From: Mytilus californianus
Taxonomy: Eukaryota
Reading direction: 5' to 3'
DNA length: 64,000 bases
NCBI RefSeq assembly: GCF_021869535.1
Contig: NW_026262701.1
Span: 102,114,001 to 102,178,000, forward strand
Below are positions 13,852 to 26,060 of the stretch, piece after piece. Position 1 is the first letter of the stretch; every line of letters starts with the position of its first letter. The notes beneath the pieces were generated by a model. The model was not told the DNA's origin. It did not search any database and saw only the letters and a list, made by a program, of their open reading frames with translations. Position numbers and translations under genes: made by a program.

Positions 13852-14290
13852 GATTCTACCACTGCATCGAGTGTGATACGATATTTATCCACTCGAGACA
13901 GTTAAATTTTCAAATTTAAGATGCGAGGCTCGCCGAGCGTTTTAAATATTTAAAATTTAACTGTCGAGAGTGGATAAATATCGTATTACACGAGATTTGG
14001 TGGTGGAATCTGTTTCTCTAATGATTTTCAAACAATACGCAGGCAAATTTATTCCTTCTTTTCGAATGATCTGCAAAAAGATGTGTTCTTTCTATGTGAC
14101 GTCATCAGGCATGGTCGCCTTTTTTCATGCCGTCACAATAGGAAATTCAGAGGAAAGCAAGAAAATTCGACGTCATAATCGGATTTTAACCAATGAAGAA
14201 CTGAGATCAAACGAACCACACGTTGATTAAATTTTTTTCATACAATGGGTGCAGCAAGGGATAAATTGACGAAGAATTAGAGAAATATAT
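13852..14290. mobile_element. Element with long internal palindrome (Crypton-like, tentative), flanked by TA repeats
   Basis: 40-bp arms 13871-13910 / 13952-13991 (37/40 complementary) around a central GCTCGCCGAGC. Confidence 0.5.
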
Positions 14291-14519
14291 ATATATATTC
14301 CTTTCAACTCAGTAAATGTGAAATCTTCAAGAAATGAATTCATCTTGGATTTTTTATAGTCCATTACGTTTTGTTAGTTGGAGCTTTGTCATTTAACAAC
14401 TACAAATCAGCATTTTTAAAAATGAAAATCATCCCTATGGCTCATACATTTATAAGTTAGACCCTTGGTTAAAGGGATCTTTAAGCAATTCAGTAATTTC
14501 TTTTATTGTATTTTTTTAG

Positions 14520-14561
14520 TTTAAAAGAAGGGGATTAGATGACTCAGATGATGAATTTTAG
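14520..14561 (+). CDS. PDCD5: PDCD5 terminal coding exon (FKRRGLDDSDDEF*)
   Basis: tttttttag acceptor; F.RR...DSD acidic C-terminus; TAG at 14559-14561; the spliced product is 125 aa. Confidence 0.92.
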   Translation, partial: FKRRGLDDSDDEF

Positions 14562-15312
14562 GAAGATTGTGTAATACCTGCTATAATGAATGTTTCTGGA
14601 GGAAGATGTTTGACATTCTGTGATGGTTTTAAGCCAGGGGATTACAAAAACTATGAACTGTGAATGGCTTACAAATGCCTTGTTAATATTTAATGAGAAG
14701 CATGTATTTATTGTCTTTCCAAAGCAAAATATAGAACTGAGAAATTTCATAGGTAAAAATTTTATAGGTAAAAGAATGGCTTTATTGATCTCATTGTATT
14801 TGGAAGGAAATGTTTCATTTAAAAGTACAAATTGTAATATGTATGACAAGATTTCTTCATTTTAGTATATCTCCATTTTAGAAGTATTTAGTGCACATTG
14901 TGAGGGTTGAAGTAAATATAAATTATTAACAAGAGCAAAGTAATGAAACATTTAAAGATATGAATTTTACTTCGACTTGTTTTGAAATACATTTGAAATT
15001 TTAAGTAAAAAGAAATCCAAGTGTTACCCAGCATATGAATTTAATGAATTCCTAAGGAAATACCAAAAGAGAAAAGAAATATTAGGAAGCAGAGGGAAAT
15101 GTTAACAGATGTGGCATGATAACATCCCTTAAACTTTACCATTCTCATAGTTTTAATGCATTGAAATAAAAATGTTATGAAAAGAAGACATTAAGACATA
15201 TTTACCATAATTTTAATGCATAATATCTCCCAAGTCTCTAGTATTTTATATGTATTCTGCTTCATACAAGTTCAAATTCTGCAAATAACAGTGGTGTGTA
15301 GTAAGTATTCCA

Positions 15313-16883
15313 TTTTTGTCTTGCCTTGACGGAGTCAAAAAGCGAGACGTAGGTATGCTGTTTCCAGCGTTGGTGGCGGCAGCATTAACAATGTATTAGT
15401 TTGTGATTAGGTCTAGTTTATGGTGAACCACTTGTGGTAGGTCATTGATATTTGGTATGCAGTTGTATTAGTATTGGCACATCTCATTTCCATGGAGATT
15501 ATTTGGCCCTGCCCCCTCAGTCATGGTCTATTGACTTTGAAACTTTTGCTTAGTTTATACATGCATTAGTTTGTGATAAGGTCAGTTTATGGGGAACCAC
15601 TAGAGGAAGGTCAATGATATTTGGTATGCAGTTGTATAAGCATTGGCATATCTCATTTCCATGGAGATTATTTGGCTCCGCCCCCTCAGTCATGGTCTAT
15701 TGACTTTAAATGTTTTGCTTAGTTAACATGTATTAGTTTGTGATTAGGTCAGTTCAAGGGGAACCATTAGTGGTAGGCCAATGTTAATTGGTATGCAGTT
15801 GTATAAGATAAGCACATCTCTGACATTTCCATGGAGAATATTTGGCCCAGCCGCCTCAGTCATGGTCTATTGACTTTGAAACTTTTGCTTAGTTTACATG
15901 TATTAGTTTGTGATTAGATCAGTTTAAGATGAACCGCTAATGTTAAGTCAATGATATATAGTATGCAAAGGAGTAGGTTCGATAACACCCTAAAACGGCC
16001 CCTATTTCTAGCTACAATTTCAAATTAGGATTTATTGACCAATATCACAATGAATCATAGCTAATACAATGACTAGATAGAAAATATGTCTTTTTGTTGT
16101 AAATTTACGTCTATTTATGATGTCACAAATAGCACTCATTTTTATTTTCAATGAAAATTCAATGAAAACGGGTAAATTTCCAATGATTTTTCGCACAGGA
16201 AACACAGAGCACATGCGTCTACAAAAAAGCTTTTTTAACAAAATGTTTGTTATCACATTTTACATATCTGACTTGAATATTTAGTTTATCGACGTCTGCG
16301 CTCTATGTTTCCTAGGCCTTAATTTGTTTGAAATCTGGACGATTTGGTCAAATTTCGCAAAAATCTCTATTTTTGACCTTTTTGGGATGTAAAATTCAAC
16401 GCTTTAAAACTAAAACTTTGACAAAAAAAGTTCTACTTCAACTTTCTCACATGTCTTTTTATCACTTTAAAACATTTATTATCTTGAAACATTAAACTTA
16501 ATAATCGGGGCCAAATATGACCCATACCGAACTTACTCCTTTATTGGCATTTGCAAGTCTCATTTCCATGGAGATTATATAGCCCTACCCCCTCATCATG
16601 GTTCATTGACTTTGAAACTTTTACATAGTTAACAAGTTAATGTTCGTGTTTAGGTTTGTTTAAAGGGAATACCTTATTACAAGTCAATGGTATTTGGTAC
16701 GCAGTTGTATTAGCATTGGCACATCTCATTTCCATTAAGATTGTTTAGCCATGTACCTTCAGTCATGGTTCATTGACTTTGAATATTTGCATAACTAGCA
16801 TGTTAAAGTATTGCTATTTTAATTTCAACATTTGCATTATCAAAATTACAAAAAGGCGAGACATATCTCTGTGTTAACAGTTT
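15313..16883 (+). mobile_element. HINE-like element with ~169-bp tandem core
   Basis: Monomers at 15392/15562/15729/15899, resuming after 16540; GCGAGAC near both ends. Confidence 0.7.
15969..16540. mobile_element. TIR element (Kolobok-like, 572 bp) nested in a HINE-like tandem core
   Basis: 12/13 TIR AGGAGTA(G/A)GTTCG; interrupts a ~169-bp monomer; no clean TSD. Confidence 0.65.
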
Positions 16884-17455
16884 ATCTATCTATAATTACT
16901 GACTACCTCATTGTTTTGATCAAGTCATCTAGTTTAGGAATACTATAAGACCTACAGTTATGTGCTATTGTTAGAAAGAGATGTTGTTTGCTTCCAGTTT
17001 TGCAATATTATATAATATATTTATTGCTTGCTCTTTGAAAAGTATTTGTATGATCTTTTTACCAAATAAAATTTGAACTAAATGACAAACATAGTAATTT
17101 TATTGTTTTTATTCCAGGGGCCTCAGTGGCTATTTGATCTAAGTAGTTGTTTTTGCCACAAATTTGTAGAAATCTAGTATATTTTAAAAAAAAACGTGAA
17201 ATTACTGCAGAGTTTAAAGAGAAATTTTAATATTAGTGGTAACAATGGAGATTACAACTACAAAAGTTAAAATATCAAAAGTGTGAGATAAGTCAATTTC
17301 AAATTGGTCACAAGACAAGAATTGTTTATTGAAACTTAAAATCAGTCGTAAACGTTGTTTTTATGTGAGTAGATATATATATATATATGACTTAAGTTTT
17401 CACAATATGGCAACATTTTTTTGTTTTTTGGGTTAAAATATATATCATATAAAAA

Positions 17456-17675
17456 TAAAATTGAGAATGGAAATGGGGAATGTGTCAAAGAGACAACAAC
17501 CCGACCATAGAACAGACAACAGCAGAAGGTCACCAACAGGTCTTAAATGCAGCGAGAAATTCCCGCACCCGGAGGCGTCCTTCAGCTGGCCCCTAAACAA
17601 ATATATATACTAGTTCAGTGATAATGAACGCCATACTAAACTCCAAATTGTACACAAGAAACTAAAATTAAAAAT
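17456..17675 (-). mobile_element. Penelope-like family 2, copy C (terminal ~220 bp)
   Basis: Matches the first ~220 bp of copy B (from 55963) with one mismatch by eye. Confidence 0.9.
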
Positions 17676-19360
17676 ATATATCATATACATATTTATATAT
17701 ATTATATGTCAAAAATTAAAATTAAAAAAATTCTCATTTTCACAGAATTTTGTGTTTCTGACTTTGGAAATGTTGTGTGAAAATTTTGACTCATTTTAAG
17801 CACTTTTAAAAAAAGTAATATGCAATAGAAATTTTTAACTCCAAACAAACTATTGTAAGTGTTGTTTTCCTTTTGTTTTTGAGTTTACATAGACCACTCA
17901 GTCAACAAGGCCCCCTAATTTAAAGACTGAATTCTCCTCTGAACATGGTTTAAAATAAAAACTTTGGCAAATACTTGTTAATCTTAGTTCTATAATAATA
18001 TCACATCTACAAACTTGATGGAGCCCCTTGTTGCTGGAGATCAAGGTTAAGATAGTTTGATGGGAATTAGATGTGATATCATTATAGAGCTTCAACACTG
18101 AAAACATAAAAAAGTGAAGTATTCAAAAGATGATGTGGCTGTTATGGTAAAGTGATGTTGTTAAGTTTTTAGCTCACCTGGACATATGCTTGTCTGTCAG
18201 TTGTTAACTTTTAAAAAAATCTCTGAAATTACCTGGCAAATGTAATCAAACTTTACCTGAATATTCCTTATGGATTATTTAGAAAAAATTATCTAGATAT
18301 TTGATCCATCAACAAACATGGCCACTGTTGCTTAACATAGAACATATATGGGTGAAATGGCTTATAATGTATCTCAAAACTAAAGAAGTTAGGGCAACTT
18401 TGACATAGGGTAAAAATGATTAGCAGTACAAGGTGAAACTACTGAGCAATTTTCAGAAAAGAAAATTGACACATTTTTGGCGTATATCTAATAAAAACTA
18501 AAGCAAAGGGCAAAACTGTCAGAAGGTAAAATATAATCAGCAGGTTCAAAAAACCAACTTTTGCATTTTACAGAAATTATAATAGATAGGGTGAAATTGT
18601 AAACAGAAAATGTACAACTAAGGCAAATAGGCCAAAATTGTCAATTGGACATTTATAGGATTTGAATGCTCTTTGCATATTCTCTTCAAAACTATAATAG
18701 ATAGATAGAAATTTTTGACAGCAAAAAAGTAATAAGCAGGAAAAGATCTACGAAATTTCAAAAACGTCACAAGGGTAACACTAAATCCACCCCCCCCCCC
18801 CTTTTGTGAACGGGGTAAGTGAAGGGAAAGATAACATTTTATCTTTTTGATAGAAAAAAATCTGCATGACATGCAATTATTTTAGGACAAATCTTTATAT
18901 ATATAAACTAGCACAACTACACTTTTTCAACAAAACACAGATCAAGTTTGAAATTGGGCCACTTTTACTTTTACTTGAGTAATGCCCCTTTATAAATGGA
19001 AAAATTGCTAAATCTGTCGTTTCAGTTCTCTAACTTTATTTTACCTCAACTAAATGTTATGAAACTTATACACAATGTTTATAATCACAAAACGGTCTTA
19101 ACTACGTGAATCCTGCATCTGTATGTGGAAGTTGACTCATGCATATTTACAAGTGTTGGCATCTGTGGCTCATAGACACATTCTCCATTTATTTAAAACA
19201 TAGTTTCCAACAAACTCTGGTAGATTAGATATTTGCTTCTTGTTAGGTCTATTTTGGTTGCCACTCCACATGTATTTTTATACTTCTTTGTCTTTAATAA
19301 CTTTGTAGATGAAGTAATCAAGAAACAGCAGAAAATTCTGTGCATTTAATTTTGATCCTT

Positions 19361-19638
19361 GGGAGCAACATTTAACTCCAAGGAGGGGTAATGGTTTTTT
19401 GTCGGAGACAGAATTTTTTTTTCGCGCAAACATTTTTTTTTTATAGTTTTTTAATGCTATCAATCAAATTTTTTTTCTTCAAAATTTAACACTATAAGGT
19501 ATAGGGAAGATCTGGATTCAGAATATTTTTTTTGTCATCTGCTTGACCACAATACTTTGTTTCCATCAAATTGGGGATCAGAATATTTTTTTAGGAAAAT
19601 ACCATAACACCCCCCTTTGAAGTTAAATGGTCGTTCCC
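19361..19638. mobile_element. MITE with imperfect ~28-bp TIRs
   Basis: gggagcaacatttaactccaaggagggg versus cccccctttgaagttaaatggtcgttccc. Confidence 0.6.
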
Positions 19639-21573
19639 GTAATATTTAATTATATCTAGAACTGAAACACGTATATAAGTGTAGTTGTACTAGTTTATAT
19701 ATTAGATTTGTCCTTAAATATTTGCATGTCATGCAGATTGTTTTCTATCAAAAAGATAAAATGTTATCTTTCCCTTGGCTTTAATACCCCGTTTTTACCC
19801 AAAGATAATAGGCCTGTCAATATGTATTCATGTACATAGATTCAATGCACGTTTGGTAATTTACCTTGCCTGCAGTTATCTATAATGTATATATTTGGTG
19901 TCAAAATGCATGTCAAATTATCTTTAACACAGTTTGTTTCATGTTAATGAGTCCTTGTAATTACACATTCCGTTTCCACAAGTAAAATGTCAATGTTCTT
20001 GCAATAGAATACACATAAAGGTCGCAATCAAACAATTGCAAGACACTATGTGTAATTAAATTACCCTCTGCCTTTGGGACAACTATATCAACCAGATATC
20101 CAAGGACGAGAATGTAAAAAATATAGGGCACTTTACGGACTGCAACAATGAGCAACACCCGTACCATACAGCAATAAACAGTCTTGGCATGACAACATGT
20201 GAAACAATTCAAATGAGAAAACCAACGGCCTGATTAATGTTAAAACAACAAACCAAAAACAAATATGGCAGACAGCAGCCGGAATCAACGACTGAATTAC
20301 AAGATCCTGACTTAGGACAGGCAAATAAAGAATGTGTCATGGTGAAACATGTGTGTGAACGTTCAAAGCCCTTACTTAGGACAGTGGTGTAAAAGTTCAA
20401 CATAAGATCAAACTATAAAAATCATTTAGAAAAGGCTTGACTTGTCAGATTCACACTAAGCACACAAAAAGTTCTAAAAAACAGACCAAAAAATAGTCTG
20501 TTGGTTAACCAGTATAACATTTAGTTAACCAAAATATCATTTAGTATGTTTTAGAATTAATACCGCTATAAACTTGAGTTCAGTATTCCACAGAAGTATT
20601 ATCCAAGTTGTAAAATAAGGGTTATACTGGCGAGCAAAATGATAAATCCGCTTCACACAGAGCAATTGCAAAGTGCACGAATTTCTGGAATTGGGAACTC
20701 AAAGTTTAGTTTATTATATTGGTGTGTAATGACTTTATCCCTTTCTTTCGATGGGGTGGTCAAGTCCACGCCCGGCCGCCCCTCCCCTGATTCCTTCGCC
20801 TTTGGTTGTTTCTGTATTATTTCTCTTTTTATTGTTAATGATTGAATAAGTATTGTAGCGTCTAATTTCATCGTTCCAGAAACAGCAAAAGATGTATACC
20901 GAAAATAAATGTACAAGTAATGTATAATTGATAAAGACAATTATGTACACGTTCATATTCTACCAGATACAGGATGTATGCTATTATGTTCAGTATCGAT
21001 AACATTATATTAGAATCAAAGAAGAAATATAGTAGTTGTTGTGCTTGGGCGAAATTCCTTTGAACTTTCTTGTAGATATAACCGCTTACGTAATTAGCTA
21101 TACGTCAAGCTTTAATGTCACTGACAAATCGGTTATCGAATGGCCAATATAATACAAATAGGAAAATCAAGTTAACGTGCAACGCTTATAAATTTTTCAA
21201 ATACTTTAGAATCTATTCAAATGTACAATGTGTTTTTCAAAAATAACAAATACAGATCATTCTTACATATATCATAAGGATTTTATTGAATCAGATGCGC
21301 TCGAGTGTTTGCGGACTGACCATTCTATCTAACGCCGAGATAGATCAGACAGGTGTTCAGAAGCTATATATACAACTAGGCCAAAAACATTTTTACGACA
21401 ATAAATGTTAAGCGAATACCTAAGCAAAATTTACATTGAAATCAACACAGCATCGAAAGCAGTTCCAAGTGTATTAGTTGTATGACAATTTTGTACAAAG
21501 TATTGTAAGTAAAGCTATCTATTTGTTATTCGATTTTGCTTATATTCTCAAATGCAAAAAAGTAACAAATTCA

Positions 21574-22110
21574 TTTTTAGCTCACAAGTGAGCTTTTCTC
21601 ATCACTTGGCGTCCGTCGTCCGTCGTCGTCCGTCGTCGTCGTTAACTTTTTACATTTTGAACTTCTAGAGAACAAATGTCTGTCTTTGGAGAACTACTGA
21701 ATGGAATGAAACAAACATGGCATGACTGTTCCTTATGAGGTGCTGACCAAGTGTTGTTACTTTGAAGCTGATCCATCATCCAAGATGGCCGCCAGCGGGG
21801 GACTTCGTTTAACATAGGACCCTATGTACAATACATACAAATGTCTTCTTTTAGAGAACCACTGATTGAAATGAAACCAAATATGGCATGAATGTTCCTT
21901 ATGAGGTGCTGACCAAGTGTTGTTACTTTGAAGCCGATCCATCATCCAAGATGACCGCCAGCGGGGGACATAGTTTAACAATGGACCCTATGGGAAATAC
22001 ATACAAATGTCTGCTTTTAGAGAACCACTGAATGGAATGAAACCAAACTTGGCATGAATGTTCCTTATGAGGTGCTGACCAAGTGTTGTAACTTTGTAGG
22101 CGATCAATCA
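21574..22110 (+). mobile_element. HINE-like element with (CGT)n microsatellite and ~166-bp tandem core
   Basis: ttttagctcac..gtgagc head and catcacttggcgtccgtcgtc; monomers at 21689/21854/22020. A related inverted fragment lies at ~41755-41960. Confidence 0.72.
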
Positions 22111-25100
22111 TCAAATTTATATAGATTGAGATATACTGTTAACTGCAAAAATATCAAGAAAAGAAGATCTACACATAAGTCAACATGAGCAAAATTGTCA
22201 ATTGACATCTTGTTGGAGTTATTGTCCTTATAAAGTTATTTTCTACAATTTCAGAGAATTTATTGGTAATTTCTGTAAACTTTGCAAAAGTCTGCTGCTT
22301 TTGATTAAATTACGGGGCCAATATTAAACCAAATTTGGCCTCAATCATTATTAGGGTATCTGTTATAATTTTAATCTATTTTTACATGATTTCAATACAG
22401 AAATAAAGGACCCCACCCATACCCTCTAATTTGACATTAACAAACTCATAAGTTCATTGTTTAAAACCCACATACTCTTTTTTTACATTGAGACATCAAA
22501 ATGTTGCCACACTGTATTCGACTTCTTACAAACAAATGAATTATGTCCATTGGTTGAAATTCAACTTTTATTCGACTTTTTCCTCAATGGACATTCAGAC
22601 TGTTTCCTTGTTGACAGTCAATTTCTTTTCTCAGTTAAAAAAAAACTCTTTGTCTGCAGGTACAGTTTCAGAAGCCTGAAGCCTTGAAGTATGAAGAAGT
22701 AATACTTTTTGACGTCGAATTGTGAATAAATAACATACTATATAACAAGCAACAAAGCTTTAAAGTAGCAAATTAATCGAAAAATGTTAACATTGTAACA
22801 TCATTTGGTGCACACTGGAAAAGGGAAAAGGGAAATCAACTTTCAGAAAATTACGAAATCGTCAACTGCTAATGCAAAATTCGCCATGATGGCCATCATT
22901 TTCAAAATAAAAAATTATGAAGGTTTATACGGAAATTATATATACATATATAAATTCCACTGTAAATAGACACGACGTCGTGGTTTTTGTAGTTATAATT
23001 GATTTCTCAGACTGTCTTTGTAATAGGATGGGAAAAATAAATTGTATATTTTGACATCCCTATTAATTACCTTAGATTTATATTAAAATGTACTTAAATT
23101 ACTCATCACAACCCATCCAAACATTTGTACATTTTATCAACAGAAATTTATTCCTTTTAACCAATAAAAACATAGTCAAAATGCAACACTTTATTTTACC
23201 TTTACACGAAAGATATAGACATACATTATAGGTGTTTTTGACCTGCGGTTAAAATCCTGACGTAATCTAAAAGATTATTTCATTAAAGATTATTTCATAT
23301 ATGTCAAATAGGTCACCAAAATCAATAGATATATCCATATCTATGTATAGTATAGGTAAGTTATAAGTTTTATAAATTTATGAACCGTATAAACAGCGAA
23401 TATATGATTGCTATATGCTTTGAAGATTAAGTTCAAAGGTTGATCGCTTCTAACATACATAAGTTTTTATAACCAAAGGGAAGGTAGATGTATGTGTTAG
23501 TGGACTACACCATGATAAATACACGTTTATAACTTGAATGGTTTCCACAATTTTATGTTGGTGGTATGTATTTAAAGTTTATTTTAATACTTTCTCTATT
23601 TTTATTTCTAATATTTTAAATGACCTATTGATATGTTGTGTTTAATTTTAGTATTAATCTTTACAGAAAGATTTGATTTGTTAATCGTTCAATGTTTTGT
23701 TAAAATTTAAACCACCACACCTCTGTATGTAAAAATATTTTTATACACAATACATTTCCCATTTTCAATTTTAACTAATTAATAATGAATAAAATCTGAA
23801 AGCAATGTTTGAAACTTGTATTATTTTTCTTTTCAATTTGTAAGAAACGTTTATCAGTAATTTCTTATCAACAAACATTGTAAAAAGGCCCTGAAATATC
23901 TACGACTACAGTGACTGTAAAGGTGTACTTTTACCATTGGTAAAACATTTAATATTCGGACAAATTTGGATTTATAAATGATTTTCTGAACAGATCATTT
24001 AAAATTTCAAGCAAATGCAGGAATTAGCGATTACTGAAAGTCAGTGGCATATATTTCATACACACCCAGTACGACATGCAATAAGACAGATGAAAGAGTT
24101 GTTGGGGTATCTTTTTGTGGTCTTCAAATATATTATATACATCTGAAATAATATAATAACAATTACAGTTTGCCTATGCGGGCTAGTCTATCTGCTGACC
24201 TATGTCAATTCCGGAGACACTGCTATTTAGAATCTAAATGGATATATTAATTAAATGGCATCTTTCAAACAAAGACAATCAAAATATATTTAACTTTAAT
24301 AAGCCTTTAAATATTGACGTTCGTGTATGTAAGGCTCGTCAATTTGCATTATCTGTTGTTTAAACAGGTTTTAGGCCAAAACAAAAGATAATTGTGTTTA
24401 TTGCCTCCCTACCTACCATAAATTGCAATGCCCACCCTAACACACTTAAAGGATTTGGTTATGCGCTGTAAAAGTCCAGACATTTATGGTTAATCACCTT
24501 TAATAAAAGTCAACTCATACCTATATCGTTTATGAATATATCTAAAATATTTTTTTTGATCTACCTGCCTACCCAATTTTTTCTGCAAGGTGCGGACAGG
24601 AAACAAGTATATATGTCTTGGCCTTCCTAAATTCAATTGTTGGTCCTTATTTTGCTTTGTATAGAAAGCAGTAAGCTTTTGTTTCAAAAGCTAGTCTTTG
24701 TTCCGGACTATTTTCAGTCGATCAACTTTTTATCAAACTGCGGTGTCTATTTCACCCTTTATTTATTCTTTGTTTCATATTTCAGATCTGAATTCATAAT
24801 TTCACTTTTAAAAACTATTACACGAGCAATCTAGTCACAAATGAATCATAATTTAATAGAAGGATTTTTTTCTTGTGGTTTCTTTTGTTGTTGGTTTTTC
24901 CTAATTTATATGTATACATTTATTATTTAACATGTTTAAAGTTTCGGTATGGTTTGTTTTGTTTCCTGCATGATTGTTTTGTTGTTTTACTTTTTGGGGG
25001 TGGAGGGGGTTGCTTGAACTTGTTATTTTTCTTGTGTTCGTCTTTCGGAGCCCTTTACAGCTTTTTTCAGGTTCCTACTTAGGATATTGTTTTAAATGTT

Positions 25101-25930
25101 TTATTTGACTATTTGAACTATTTACATCGTTATGATTATATTTGACCTGTATGTATAGACAGCATTTACTTACACAAAAAAACAAAACAAAAGTGAGTAT
25201 GATGATGAACATAAACAAGTAATCATACATTTATACTAGGTCCTTTAAACCATGCATACAATGTGAAGTACAGATTATGGTCGATGACTTTTACATCAAA
25301 AACTCTGCACAATGAAAATATTAAAAAAAAAGAATTAATGTCCGTATGTATATTACAATATATATATATACAATCAATGGAAATATATTATATAATCTTG
25401 GCAAGGAATGTCTACCTATATTGAAACAATTAAAACATCATGGAAATAACGGTGAAAAAAACACTTTGAAAGAAACAATTCTCTTCGAAGTTAAATTATA
25501 TTCCTTAAAAGTACATAATAAAGGATAACATTGTGTACATAAATAATTTCAACAAAGAGATCCCAATGCTATTTATCACAGTAGCACAAATGACCTATGT
25601 CAAATTTGTCATAAGTACAAATCGGTACCACACGGATGTCTATATAAAGTAATTTAGTAATAACTATGTAAAAATAGTGACATATTATGGTCAAAAACTA
25701 CAAAAGTGGAATATTCCATTATTTTAGCCAGAAGCAGTTGTTGTATATTTTTACTGACACAGTTTAGGATCATCAATACTATACTATATACTATATACAT
25801 GATATCAAAATGTACGAAAAAGCAAACGTCGTAGTACTATCTATGTCTGTAATGATTTAGACCTGTCATATATTACATTTATATATTGGTGTAACCAACA
25901 GTAAATATGTCAACAAGAACAAGTTAAGAC

Positions 25931-26007
25931 TGACCCTATGTATCTACCTAGTAACAATGACCCGATGTATCTACCTAGTAAAAATGACCCGCTGTATCTA
26001 CCTAGTA
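25931..26007. repeat. 27-bp tandem repeat, ~3 copies
   Basis: Units start at 25931, 25958 and 25985 (tgaccc..tgtatctacctagta). Confidence 0.88.
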
Positions 26008-26060
26008 TGCAGAAATCTTTCCAAACAAGGGAATACAAGTTTCTTCGTCATAAATTTACA

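Noticed and set aside
20639-20940. Short overlapping ORFs around a GC-rich patch (20760-20800)
   Set aside because: No recognisable domain and no consistent splice pair.
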